A DNA stretch of 64,000 bases from positions 33,480,001-33,544,000 of the forward strand of contig OX597820.1 of the NCBI GenBank assembly GCA_951406725.2. The letters run 5' to 3'. A program made the translations under genes and the position numbers. Below, piece by piece: positions 45,502 to 56,891 of this stretch; positions within the stretch are counted from its first letter, which is position 1, and each line of letters starts with the position of its first letter. This DNA comes from Octopus vulgaris. Its lineage: Eukaryota. The notes under the pieces were generated by a model, which searched no databases, was not told where the DNA came from, and worked only from the letters and a program-made list of their open reading frames with translations.

Positions 45502-47232
45502 TTGTGGATTAGAAAGAAAATTAATAAGTTCTTTAGGGATTTCAACCTCAGTATAACGTATGAACCGGGCACTAAAATAGTTAATTTCCTAGATATTACG
45601 CTAGACCTTAACTCCAAGCTACATTACCCATTTAGAAAGGAAGGTGAAATCACGAATTACGTAAATACATTATCAAATCATCCCCCAAATATTATAGAAT
45701 CTTTAGTGAGAAATATTTCATTAAGAATTTCAAAATTATCATCCAATAAGGATATTTTTAACTCCCATTCTGAGCATTATAATGCGGCGTTAACTAAGGC
45801 TGGATACAACCAAAAGATTACATTCGTTGATAAGGGGAACTCACGTATTCCTAATAATGAAGTTATCAATAATCACGTAAGCAGCAATAAAGACCAAGCC
45901 CGAAATAAAAGTAGAATTAAACTAACGGTAAACGCTAATCTAGCGTACAGGCCCAACAATTCAAATAGAAACATTGACCAGAACATAGGTAACTCGGATA
46001 ATATTGAAGTAGATAAACCTAAGATGCACACAAATAAAAATAAAAATAATGGTAATAAATACAATAACTCCGGTGAGATGAATAGTAATAATTCTACGAA
46101 CCCTAAATTTAATAAAAAAGATATATTATGGCTGAATATTCCTTTCAACTGTGCGATACAATCGGATATACAGAACAAATTCAAAGTGATTCTGGAAAAA
46201 AATTTCCCTATCTCTCATAGATATCATAGAATTATTTCTAGGAAAACAGTTAGGATTTCTTATTCAACCCTCCCAAATATGTCCACTTTAATAGCTAAGA
46301 TTAATAATAGCAACATTAAACTAGCCAGGAAAGATAGAAATATAAATAATAATATCAGCATGAATACCAATAGCAATTGTAATAATACTACCAACAATAA
46401 AAACAGCAATAGTAACTATCAAAACATAGGTGAAATTAGTAACCACAGAATGACTAATAACATTAACATTAATAGTAATAATAGCAATGCCGATATTAGT
46501 AGAAGTAATAATGTTAATAATAGAAATAATAGAAATAGGGAAAATAGAGAAAATAAGGAGAATGAAAATATTAGTGATATCTATAACAACAATATGCAGT
46601 CGGATAAAAAGACTAGCAATAATATTAACATTACCAATAATATAAGAAATCATGGTAGGACTTTAGATCTAAATAATGAAACAGAAGGATCAAGAAATAA
46701 TAGCAATACTTTAGATATCAGCACCAACTATAGAAATGATAATCAAAATAATATGAACCTAAAACATCTACCCAAGAATAATCCAAAGCCTGAAGGTGTT
46801 CCTCCTGTGTGTAAGTGTAGAATAAAATCAAAATGCCCGGCACCTGGTCTATGTGGGGAAAATAATGTAATCTATAAATGTACCATATCCACGGAGAATA
46901 ACAAATATTATTACATTGGATGTACAATTAATTTTTTAGCTAGAGTTAGAAATCACATCTCGACTTTTAAATTACGTCATAAAGCTGGTACCACCACACT
47001 TTCAAACAAAATCTGGGAACTCAAAAATAATAATAAAAATTATAACCTTAATTGGGAAATAGTTAGGAGAGCAATTCCGTATAAAAATAGTAGGGTTGGT
47101 TGCCAACTATGCTCCATGGAGACATATGAAATTCTAAAGCATAGAAAACATAGAAACCTATTGAATAACCATATTGAACTAGGTCAAGTTTGTGTCCACG
47201 CTAAATTGAAGACTTTAAAATATTTTAAATGA
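45502..47232 (+). CDS. 5'-truncated but uninterrupted PLE ORF: RT thumb + Asn-rich inserts + Cys linker + GIY-YIG (Naiad-like by motif); partial mirror copy at 44303-45457 (-)
   Basis: VNFLDITLDL..SNHPP..AGY; WLNIPFN..FP..H..TVRISYS; CKCR..CP..GLC; VIYKC..YYIG; LS.KIWELK; CQLC..E; LN..E..C.H. RT catalytic core absent. Confidence 0.88.
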   Translation: MWIRKKINKFFRDFNLSITYEPGTKIVNFLDITLDLNSKLHYPFRKEGEITNYVNTLSNHPPNIIESLVRNISLRISKLSSNKDIFNSHSEHYNAALTKAGYNQKITFVDKGNSRIPNNEVINNHVSSNKDQARNKSRIKLTVNANLAYRPNNSNRNIDQNIGNSDNIEVDKPKMHTNKNKNNGNKYNNSGEMNSNNSTNPKFNKKDILWLNIPFNCAIQSDIQNKFKVILEKNFPISHRYHRIISRKTVRISYSTLPNMSTLIAKINNSNIKLARKDRNINNNISMNTNSNCNNTTNNKNSNSNYQNIGEISNHRMTNNININSNNSNADISRSNNVNNRNNRNRENRENKENENISDIYNNNMQSDKKTSNNINITNNIRNHGRTLDLNNETEGSRNNSNTLDISTNYRNDNQNNMNLKHLPKNNPKPEGVPPVCKCRIKSKCPAPGLCGENNVIYKCTISTENNKYYYIGCTINFLARVRNHISTFKLRHKAGTTTLSNKIWELKNNNKNYNLNWEIVRRAIPYKNSRVGCQLCSMETYEILKHRKHRNLLNNHIELGQVCVHAKLKTLKYFK

Positions 47233-48720
47233 TTAGAATATTCGTAACTAGATAGATAGATATAACCTGATTTCTACTGGTATAGCACTGCTTTAAGTAG
47301 ATAACTAAGAGTTCTCACACTACGGTTATCTTTTTCCTTATATCTGCATCAGTTTTTTGAGAACAGGGAAATGAATAGCACTTATTCGCTGCTTAATTGA
47401 GGCTTTATTTAATTTCAAACTCACAATTTTTAAATTTTTAAATTCTTAATTTTAAATCTTAATTGTAATTTTTAATTTTAGTTCCTAACTTAATCTAATT
47501 TAATTAGCATAACTCTAATTAATTAAAATGAGTTACTATAGACCCATAATTCTATTTCAAAATTAAATAAATAAGGCTATTCCCTCGGTGATAATATGAT
47601 TATCTTCATTATGATAGACAATCCCCTAACACCTTTTGAATGATCTTCTAAGATTTGACCTGTAGTCCGTCAATGTATGAATAATAACGGCAACTCCTTA
47701 AGACAATAAAATGAATAAATTAAATAAGTAAATTTTAATGACTTTTTGATAAGATTATACCTAGTTTTCCCTAATGTATTTTCTGGTGATTTTAGCATCT
47801 GACCCCGAAACCCCTAACTGTGTTATCTCTTTAGATTCTCTTTAAATTCATAGCTGATTTCAACAGCAATAAATTAGCTGTTTTAACTGGTCAAAGAATA
47901 ATATTCTCCTCTAATTCCTAGATGCCTGTAAATTAAAACCAGACTTGTCGTCTACTAATTCTTCTGTATAACTAGAACCCTCTTTTTTTCTTTTTCTTTC
48001 TTCTTTCTTCTTTTTTCTTTTTTCTTTTTTCTTTTTTTCCCTTCCTTCCCTATTTCTTTCTCTTTTCTTTTTTCTTTTTCTTCTTCTTATTCTCTTTTTC
48101 CTTTTCTCTTCTCTTTGAGTCCCCCTCCCCCCTTTTTGCTCCCTCCTCCTTTATTTTCTCTTTTTCTTCTATGCCCTTCCCTTTTCTATTCTATACAGCT
48201 CTAGTAAGCCCTTCAGCCTTTAAAAGTTAAATAGCTACAGCCTCTTGTAAATAGCAGTAATGTGATTAATGTGGCAAATACCTAATCATATAGCAAGAAT
48301 TGATACCTACCTCATTGTGTTCAACCATTGATAAATTTATCGCCTGTGAATATGAAATTCCTTGAAATTTACACCTACACCATTGGAAATTGTGCATCTA
48401 TACAAAGGATTAATTCACCCTCTCTGTAATGCTAATAAGCAGGAATTGAAACCCACCTCGTTGTAATTAACAATGGATAAATTTGTCTTCTGTGAGTATG
48501 TAATCCCTCATCATATCTCTGGAAATTCATATGTGCACTATGGATTAGGTCACCTTCTCTGTGATGCTATTAAGACTTTTTTTAAAATTCTGTGATAAGA
48601 CTGTACATCATCTTTAAAGAACTTTAATGAACTTTTGAAATCTGTTTATGTTACTTAATTATCTACATTACTTCATGAGTATAGCCTCAACCACTAGGAT
48701 GTCTAGAGAACTCACATGTA

Positions 48721-48811
48721 TTTTAGCTGATGAGTACGGGACACGTTTATATGCTGTAATTTTTGCAACTTTTAATAAAACCTGTCCTTGTATGAAACGA
48801 TTGTACTAAAA
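48721..48811 (+). ncRNA. Canonical type I hammerhead ribozyme of PLE B; mirror copy at 42721-42811 (-)
   Basis: ttttag-CTGATGA-gtacgggaca...tgtccttgtat-GAAAC-gatt-GTA-ctaaaa. Confidence 0.88.
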
Positions 48812-48841
48812 ACCTATCCATTCTTGTTGCTTCATTCTCGC

Positions 48842-48936
<95 letters not shown>

Positions 48937-49488
48937 AACCTCCAGCTTCTGTATCCAGACTATGAATTCATATTATAATAATAATTGGAGCACTAGATCG
49001 TGTTAGCAAATGCTTAAAGGAGAATCTGGATAAAATGGGGTTTTCAGAAAGAGAAGTTGACCGGCTGATTCATACATTACAATGCCAATCTGTTAGCGGA
49101 ACAGTAAAATTACGCAAGACTTCTCACGTTCCAAATTTGAATTTGTCTGTGTTAACTAAATCCCAAAGATGGAGCCTTGTATCGTTGTTGGAAACTGAAT
49201 CCCTCCTCAGTGGAAGATTTATAATAATTAAAAAATAGAAGAGACATACATACACACGCACACATATATGTATACGTATTTGAATAGACTTTTCTGTTTT
49301 TCGTAATTTATTTACAATAATAGCTTCAATTAACAGTAGCAAATTAAACTATTTTTATGAGAAACGTAAAATTGATACATTTTCATTGAACAGACAACAT
49401 AAAAAGCAACCATGAGTAACGGTGAACATTTTAATTTAAATAGTCAAGGGGAATAACCCATGTATATATATGTATGTATGTATGTTTG

Positions 49489-49555
<67 letters not shown>

Positions 49556-49567
49556 TATATATATATA

Positions 49568-50739
49568 TCTTTATATCTTTATATATATAAAACTGAGAAC
49601 GTGTGTCTGTCTGTCTGTGTGTTTCCATAAAACTTGAGAACTACACAACCAATTTCATTCAAATTTTACACATGCTTTACTTAGGGTCCGGGGAGTGTCA
49701 TCGGCAAAAATTTTTTTAACTTTTTGCCTAGAGCGAGCCCACAGCAATATCATATCTTCTCCACTACAATTCCCTAAAACATGAGAACTACACAACCAAT
49801 TCCATTCAAATTTTACACATGCCTTACTTAGGGTCCGTGTAGTTTCGTGGGCAAAAAAATGCTTAACTTCTTGCCTAGAGCTAGCCCATAGCAATATCAT
49901 ATCTTCCCCACTATTTCAGTATTACGTGTTAAAAGTGAAACAAAAACGTTTCTCTATTTTATGTCAGATACTTTCACTTTAACAATAAAAAAAATAATAA
50001 CAATTGAATTATATGTAGTAAGTAATAATTAAAATCAAACTAAAGTATAATATAATCGTAATATAACAAAAGTAAAAATAGCAATTGGTATAAAATTGCA
50101 TCAATGACTTGTGGTTTCACAAGAATGGGAATAAATTAAAAATAAAATTAGCGTGCAGAAATGGAATAGTCCAGATGGATAATAAAAAATTAAATTAAAG
50201 AAAAGACTATTGTCTATAAAGTATACAATGTAGAGAAAAAAGAAGATTTGAGCACGTGGAGGAAAGCACCTTCGAAAAGTGTCTTGGTGCGACTATGAAA
50301 GGTATCTAATCAGAGGCGGTAAATTCGCCACAATAGAAGCAAGGTTCGAGTCAACGGAGCGTGCAAGGGAGTACTCGACTCGAACTTGCAAAGTGGAAAT
50401 ATTTTATTTTTACCTTTATACCTGGAACGTAGGATGTCCCGGAAAAAAAAATTTATGCTTCCCCCCCACCCCACCCAGAAGCAGAGGTAGGCTGGATTGT
50501 AGCCACACTTCTATACAAGAGGGAGGACAAGATACAATTGATCGAAATTACAAGAGACGGGCTAACAATTCCAGTCTGTTATATATTTTGAGTATTGTTA
50601 TCACTATCGATATCAAGATATAACTTTGTATTTTGTATTTTATGTGTAGATGTATATATATATAGATGTATATGTAATATGTACACACATATACATGAAC
50701 TAGCACTATGACCCGGCAACGACGGGTCTTTAATACTAG
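49568..50739 (+). mobile_element. Non-autonomous Helitron with an internal ~147-bp tandem duplication
   Basis: 5' TC..tatatataaaa..tgtctgtctgt; 3' hairpin gacccg-gcaacga-cgggtc followed by CTAG|T; repeat units at ~49628 and ~49775. Confidence 0.65.
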
Positions 50740-51539
50740 TATATATATAAAATTGTGTCTGGAGAGAGTCATTCTGTTTTAATGCCTTATTAATTAACAC
50801 ATTCACCGGCTCAATTTCCACTCATTTACAAATTATTCGCGTCTCATTATTTAGGCTTCGGGTTCTTTCTATATGATCGGGCCTTTGGACCGTTTTTTCT
50901 TCTTTTCATATGATTTCAGTTCGCATCAAAGCTTTCTGAGTGAAACTGGATCAACGTGAAATTGAGGAAAACTGAGTAAATTGTGTCAAAAATTTCTTTC
51001 TTATGTAGACACAAAACTCGAAATTTGTGAGAGAGAGGGGATGGTTAGATTGACCCTGGAGCTCAGGTGGTACTCATTTTATTGACAAAGGTTGAAAGAC
51101 GAAGTCAACCTCGGCGGAATTTGAACTCTTGAACGTCAAACTAGAGGAAATGCCCGCTTAGCATTTTGTCTGTTATGCTGACGATTCTGCCAGGCTGCCG
51201 CTGATGAAAGAAGGAATAATATAGATTAAATAGAAAACTGCAATAGAACACAAAGAATTACAAAGCTGTGCCTTTTACATCTTATCTTGGTCGGAATTAT
51301 ACGAAGAGGTGTAATAAATTAGAAACGTTTGACAACACTGGCTTCACTCCGGAAGAAGCTGTTTGACATAGCTTATGCAAACAACACAAACACATTATGA
51401 AGGCCTGATGTGTTGTTCTTGATCATCGTGATTATTATCGTCGGGATTATCATAATCGTGACCATCATTATCGTGATCATCATCATCATGATCATCATCA
51501 TCATCACTGCAGCCACCACCACAACTGCCACTACGCGGA

Positions 51540-51645
51540 CGATAGAAGAGATTGAGACAAGTGATGATATATGTACGCTCATAGATGCCCTATACATCTG
51601 GACGATGGACAATAATATATCGCTTAATGCCATGAAATTCACAGA
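51540..51645 (+). pseudogene. CR1/L2/Jockey-type RT fragment
   Basis: IETSDDICTLIDALYIWTMDNNISLNAMKF resembles the post-YADD W..N...LN..K motif. Confidence 0.4.
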
Positions 51646-51685
51646 TAACAAGAGTCCCCCTAACATTTAGTTTGTGAGGACCGCC

Positions 51686-51759
<74 letters not shown>

Positions 51760-52379
51760 TGAGTGTGTGTACGTGTGTGTGGAGAGAGAGAGAGAGAGAA
51801 TGAGGAGGAAGAGAGTCCAGCAGCACTTGTTTACGTAACTGGGTTGTATGATTACATAATTGATGTCACTATCATGAAACACGCGTAAGGTGGCGAGCTG
51901 ACATAGTCGTCACCGCACCGGGAAAAATGTTTAGCGGCATTTCTTCCAACTTTACGTTCTGAGCTCAAATGCTGCCGAGGTCGGCTTTTCCTTTCATCCC
52001 TGCGGGGTCGATAAAATAAGCACCAGTTGAGCATTGAGGTAATTGACTTCCACTCTTACCCCAAATCGCTTGCTGTGTGCCAAAATTTGAAACCAACATC
52101 ATGCAATATGCGTACATTATATAAAAGTTTTAATACCGACTGCGTTTTCTATATGTAGCACGCAAACTCCGCATCCTAGCCTATCTGGATTTATGAAGAC
52201 CATCTAACCATGTCAAAGATATGAGCGTTAAACTGATCTATCACACCCACACCCTTTGCTAACGTGCCGCGCTTTTGGGTGTATTTTTTGTACTATATAT
52301 ATATATATATATATTTGTGCATGTGTGCGTGCGTGTGTGTATAAATATATGTATGTATATATGTATGTATGTATGTATG

Positions 52380-52441
<62 letters not shown>

Positions 52442-53179
52442 TAATACATGTATGCATATATACATATGTGTGTGTATGTGTGTATGAATGAATATGTTTG
52501 TGCATGCATGTGTGTGCGTGTGTGTGCATGTTAAGATTGGAAAAAAGAAAGTAATGATTTTTTTTTTTCTGTTTCCGTAAAAGACATTGTTGATACATTT
52601 GTTTGTAAACGAGTATAAAAATGCGGGGAGTGGGGAGTAGCGAGTATCGAATACACATAGAAATACACACACACATATGCGCACGCACATACAAATACGC
52701 ACATACACACACAGATGTGTGTGTGTGTATGTGTGTGTGTGTCTGTGTTTGTTTGTGTGCGTGTTTGTATGTGTGTGTACACATACATAGAGAAAGAATG
52801 GAATTACAAAGCGAGGGATAATAGAAGATATGGAGAAACATTGAGTGTATATTTATACACACGGTGTATTTGACATTATTGTTCATGAAATCCTAGACAG
52901 AATGTTTACTAAATGCTTACAGTATGTCGGAATTATGGATTGAGGAGCACAAATAGCTGAGTATTCCGTAAGTAAACTGAGTTTTTTCTTTGTTTTATCG
53001 GCTCATATATTTTTTGCTATTTATCTGTCATTATATATGTCACACGTTTTGAATATGTACGTATGTAAATGTTTATGCGCGTATATACGTATGCATGTAG
53101 GTTGTATATGTGCATGCATGCATGCATGCATGTACATACGTATGCATGTAGGCAGGTATGTATGTATTCAATCGTGTAA

Positions 53180-53810
53180 GGCGGCGGGCTAGCAGAAACG
53201 TTAGCACGCCGGGCGAAGTGCTTAGCAGTATTTCGTATGCCGCTACGTTCTGAGTTCAAATTACGCCGAGGTCGACTTTGCCTTTCATCCTTTCGAGGTC
53301 GATAAATTAAGTACCAGTTACGCACTGGGATCGATGTAATCAACTTAATCCGTTTGTCTGTCCTTGTTTGCACACTCTATGTTTAGCCCCTTGTGGGTAA
53401 TAATGAAATAAGAAACGTTAGCACGCAGGGCGAAATGCTTAGCAGTATTTCGTATGCCGTTACGTTCTGAGTTCAAATTCCGCCGAGGTCGACTTTGCCT
53501 TTCATCCTTTCGGGGTCAATTAAATAAGTACCAGTTACGCACTGGGGTAGATATAATCGATTTAATCCGTTTGTCTGTCCTTGTTTGTTCTCTCTGTGTT
53601 TAGCCCCTTGTGGGTAATAAAGAAATAGGTATTTCGTCTGCCGTTACGTTCTGAGTTCAAACTCCGCCGAGGTCGACTTTACCTTTCATCCTTTCGGGGT
53701 CGATTAAATAAGTACCAGTTACGTACTGGGGTCGATATAATCGACTTAATCCCTTTGTCTGTCCTTGTTTGTCACCTTTATTTTTAGCCCCTTTTGGGTA
53801 ATAAAGAAAC
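53180..53810 (+). mobile_element. Head-to-tail trimer of SINE family 2 (second and third copies 5'-truncated)
   Basis: Three consecutive Nin/Deu-domain units; caggtatgtatgtattca repeated at 53153-53170 and 53810-53827. Confidence 0.8.
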
Positions 53811-54401
53811 AGGTATGTATGTATTCATTCATATATGTACGTATGTATGTATGCATATATATATATATGTGTGCATGTATGTGTCTGTATGTACACATAT
53901 AAGCATGCGAGTATGTATGCAAGTACACACACACATATATAAGTATGTGTATGTACATGTATGCGTGTGTGTATGTATATGAATATGCACGCGTGTGTAT
54001 ATACGTGTGCTATTATTTCGATTTATTTCTAGATTCTTACCAAAGGAGAAAGAACCAGTTTCTAAGCGTCATCCAAGACTCACTAGAATATCAACATCAA
54101 CAGGGTAGTTGTGCCTGCATATGTGCATATGTGCAACTATTTGTCGTTATTGCACGTGCAGATCTATGTTTTTGTTTTATGTACGCATACTCATGTATAT
54201 AGTTACACGTCTAAACGTGTATATATGTAATTATATACTAAACTTTCCCAAAGTCTTGCACATTGACAGTTCCATTGATGGTTTGTATCTGTAGTCTTTT
54301 GAATAGCTTTGACCTGGTTTTGAGAACACTGATTTCTCAAGGATCGTGTTGAGACAGTTGGTTACATAGCTAAGTGCTTCAATTATTTAACGATAAATGC
54401 C

Positions 54402-54954
54402 GCCCTTTTCAAGCCTAACCAGGCTCATGGGCCCGGTTTCCCGGTTTCTGTGGCGTATGTCTCCCCCCCCAAGCTGGACGGGACGCCAGTCCATCGCAAC
54501 GTTACTCAAGAAACAGGAAGAGAAAGTGAGAGAAAGTTGTGGCGAAAGAGTACAACAGGGGTCGTCAGCACCTCCTGCCGGAGCCTCGTAGAGCTTTTTG
54601 GTGTTTTCGCTCAATAAACACACACAACGCCCGGTCTGGGAATCGAAAGCGCGATCCTCCGACCGCGAGCCCGCTGCCCTAACCACTGGGCCATTGCGCC
54701 TCCACATGCGCCCTTTCAAGGCCTAGCCAGGCTCATGGGTCCGGTTTCCCGGTTTCAATGGCGTATATACTCCCTAGCTGGCCGGGACGCCAGTCCATCG
54801 CAGTGTTACTCATTTTTGCCAGCTGAGTGGACTGGAGCAACGTGAAATGAAGTGTTTTGCTCAAGAACACAGCGCGTCGCCAGGTCCAGGAATCGAAACC
54901 ACAATCTGGCGATCATGATGCTGACACCCTAACCACTAAGCCACGCGCCTCCAC
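54402..54954 (-). mobile_element. Dimeric SINE family 3 inserted into an R4-like LINE fragment
   Basis: Same dimer as 35787-36285; 11-bp TSD cttcaattatt at 54377-54387 and 54956-54966. Confidence 0.85.
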
Positions 54955-55181
54955 ACTTCAATTATTACAGGCATAAATCTCGTTGTCCGAGTGAAGCATT
55001 TGTAAATTTCTCAATAATTCAGCATAGATACAATATTTTTGCTGATCTTCAGCTGTACCATAGCATCTGTGGGGTAGCTCACTTCCTCTATAGTACATGG
55101 TTTCTCTTCTTTGTCACAAATCACTCTATGTATGTATGTATGTATGTATGTATGTATGTATGTATGTATGTATGTATGTAT

Positions 55182-55420
55182 GGGTAGGAATTCCTTTCTT
55201 CGATCCGAAAATTGATAGTAGCGGTCGGTAGTCAGTCAGAAGCCGAAAATTTCTACTGTGGAGAAATCTGTGAAGTTTCTTCAGGGCAAAATTATTCGCT
55301 AGAGCTTCTTTCTCTACCTGACTCAGTTTTTTTTCTGCTGCAATCAGAGCACGTGAAGCATGAACCACCGCCTTTATATTACCGTCTTTATATTTGTGTA
55401 GAAAACTGTTCCTACGCAAT
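55182..55420 (-). pseudogene. Ty3/Gypsy RNase H fragment (inverted relative to the rest of the element)
   Basis: HASRAL..AEK..SQVEKEALA..F....HRFL..RNFRLLTDYRPLLSIFGSKKGIP. Confidence 0.85.
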
Positions 55421-55429
55421 ATTCAGAAG

Positions 55430-56891
55430 CGTCAGAAGCTACAATAATTACAACTTTAAGTACATTCCTTCTAAGAAAATTGGCCATGCGGATAGTTTAT
55501 CTAGGCTAATTCCGAAGAATGCGGAACCGCTGTAAGATACGGTGATAGCCGCATTACAATCAGAAAAGGAAGTTAAAAGAGTTATGTGTAATGTCATTCA
55601 GGATTTGCCAGTGACTGATATAAGATATTAAAAAGTAAATCCGCGGAGGACAAATACATCATAAAAATGAAGAAAACCTTGAAAAATAAACAAAATAGAA
55701 ACACGAATGCAAACCACTTTTCACTGTGCGACGATGTATTAATGTACGCACAAAGAGTAGTAGTACCAACTGCACTTCAGAAACGGATATTACATGAATT
55801 TCATAGTGGACACCCGGGGATGTCAAGAACGAAAGCTTTGATGGGGAGTTACGTGTATTGGCCGACAAGGGACCGGGACATTGAAAATTTGGTAAAATCA
55901 TGTAGAGGTTGCGTACTAGCAGTCAAGGCTCCACCTGTGAAATACCAATCGTGGCCTGAGACTGATAGTTCGTGGTCCAGGGTACATATAGAATACGCTG
56001 GACCGGTGAATGACACGTACTACTTGATCATTGTTGATAGCCTTACCAAGTGGTCGGAACTATGCAGGTGCAGGTAGCCAATCACGAAGGCAACAATAAA
56101 GTTCCTGCAAGAATATTTGCTTGATAACGTGTCCGGACATCATACAATTGGACAGTGGAATACAATTAACAGGATACGAGCTTAAGGAATTTTGCAAAAT
56201 GCATGCAATCAAGCACATGTTTACCCTGCTCTACCACCCGAGGTCAAATGGGCAAGCAGAACGATCCGTGGATACTTTCAAGCGAGCGATAAAAATGTAA
56301 GGAACGAGTTAGGAAATGACGAAGCGTTAACTAAATTTTTAAGGGTGTACAGAATAATGCCTAATCCAAATACCAGTTTAGACAAGTCGCCTGCAGATGT
56401 AATGTTCGCACGAAAGATTAAATCGATCGTTGACAAATTGTCGCCAAAGGTAAAAAAACGCATAGAGAAAATACAAAAAATTCAACTAAACATTTTGATA
56501 TCGGAGACGAAGTCCATTTGAAAGTATACGAGAATGGTAAATAGAGTTGGCAGGATAGTGTAGAGACTAAAAGAATTGGAAACATGATGTATATAATAAA
56601 AGGCCAACGATAGGAGCATAAACGAAACCTAAATCAATTAAAAATCAGACATACAGAAGGGAAGGAAATTCTAACGGAAGTGTTTTACATGTTCAACGTG
56701 CCAGCACCGAAAGAGATTGAGTCTAGAAGGAACAGTAACAGAAAACTTAAACAGACTGAACATTTAGAAATAATTCCTAAGCGGAAAAGCACTGAACTCC
56801 CTAGGGAAGCAAAATTTCAAAAAGGGAGAGGTGCTGGAAGAAAGAAAAAAAATTTCGTTCCTTACGGAAGTCGAAATCTCAAAAGAGGAGA
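55430..56891 (+). pseudogene. Ty3/Gypsy pol remnant: RNase H end + integrase (HHCC, core), followed by PPT
   Basis: ADSLSRL; HEFHSGHPG..YVYWP..C..C; RVHIEYAGP..LIIVDS; PPT aaaagaggaga at 56881-56891. Confidence 0.88.

Larger units (their letters stand above)
42571..48841. mobile_element. Palindromic Penelope-like element B (head-to-head ~2.8-kb arms, ~520-bp spacer, 120-bp tail on the left)
   Basis: 42691-45506 is the reverse complement of 46029-48841, nearly identical; (TA)n on both flanks. Confidence 0.95.

Noticed and set aside
45502-47250. Selenoprotein recoding, reported for some Naiad PLEs
   Set aside because: No in-frame TGA in the visible 576 codons, read-through of the terminal TGA adds only a few residues, and no convincing SECIS is seen by eye. 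The missing 5' RT core cannot be assessed.
49628-49915. Tandem repeats considered as a CRISPR-like array
   Set aside because: Eukaryotic context; only two long units with no unique spacers and no cas genes.
54030-54112. HHR-like CTGTTGA...GAAAC on the minus strand (related pieces near 22085 and 58980-59030)
   Set aside because: Stems I and II could not be paired convincingly; at most a decayed repeat.
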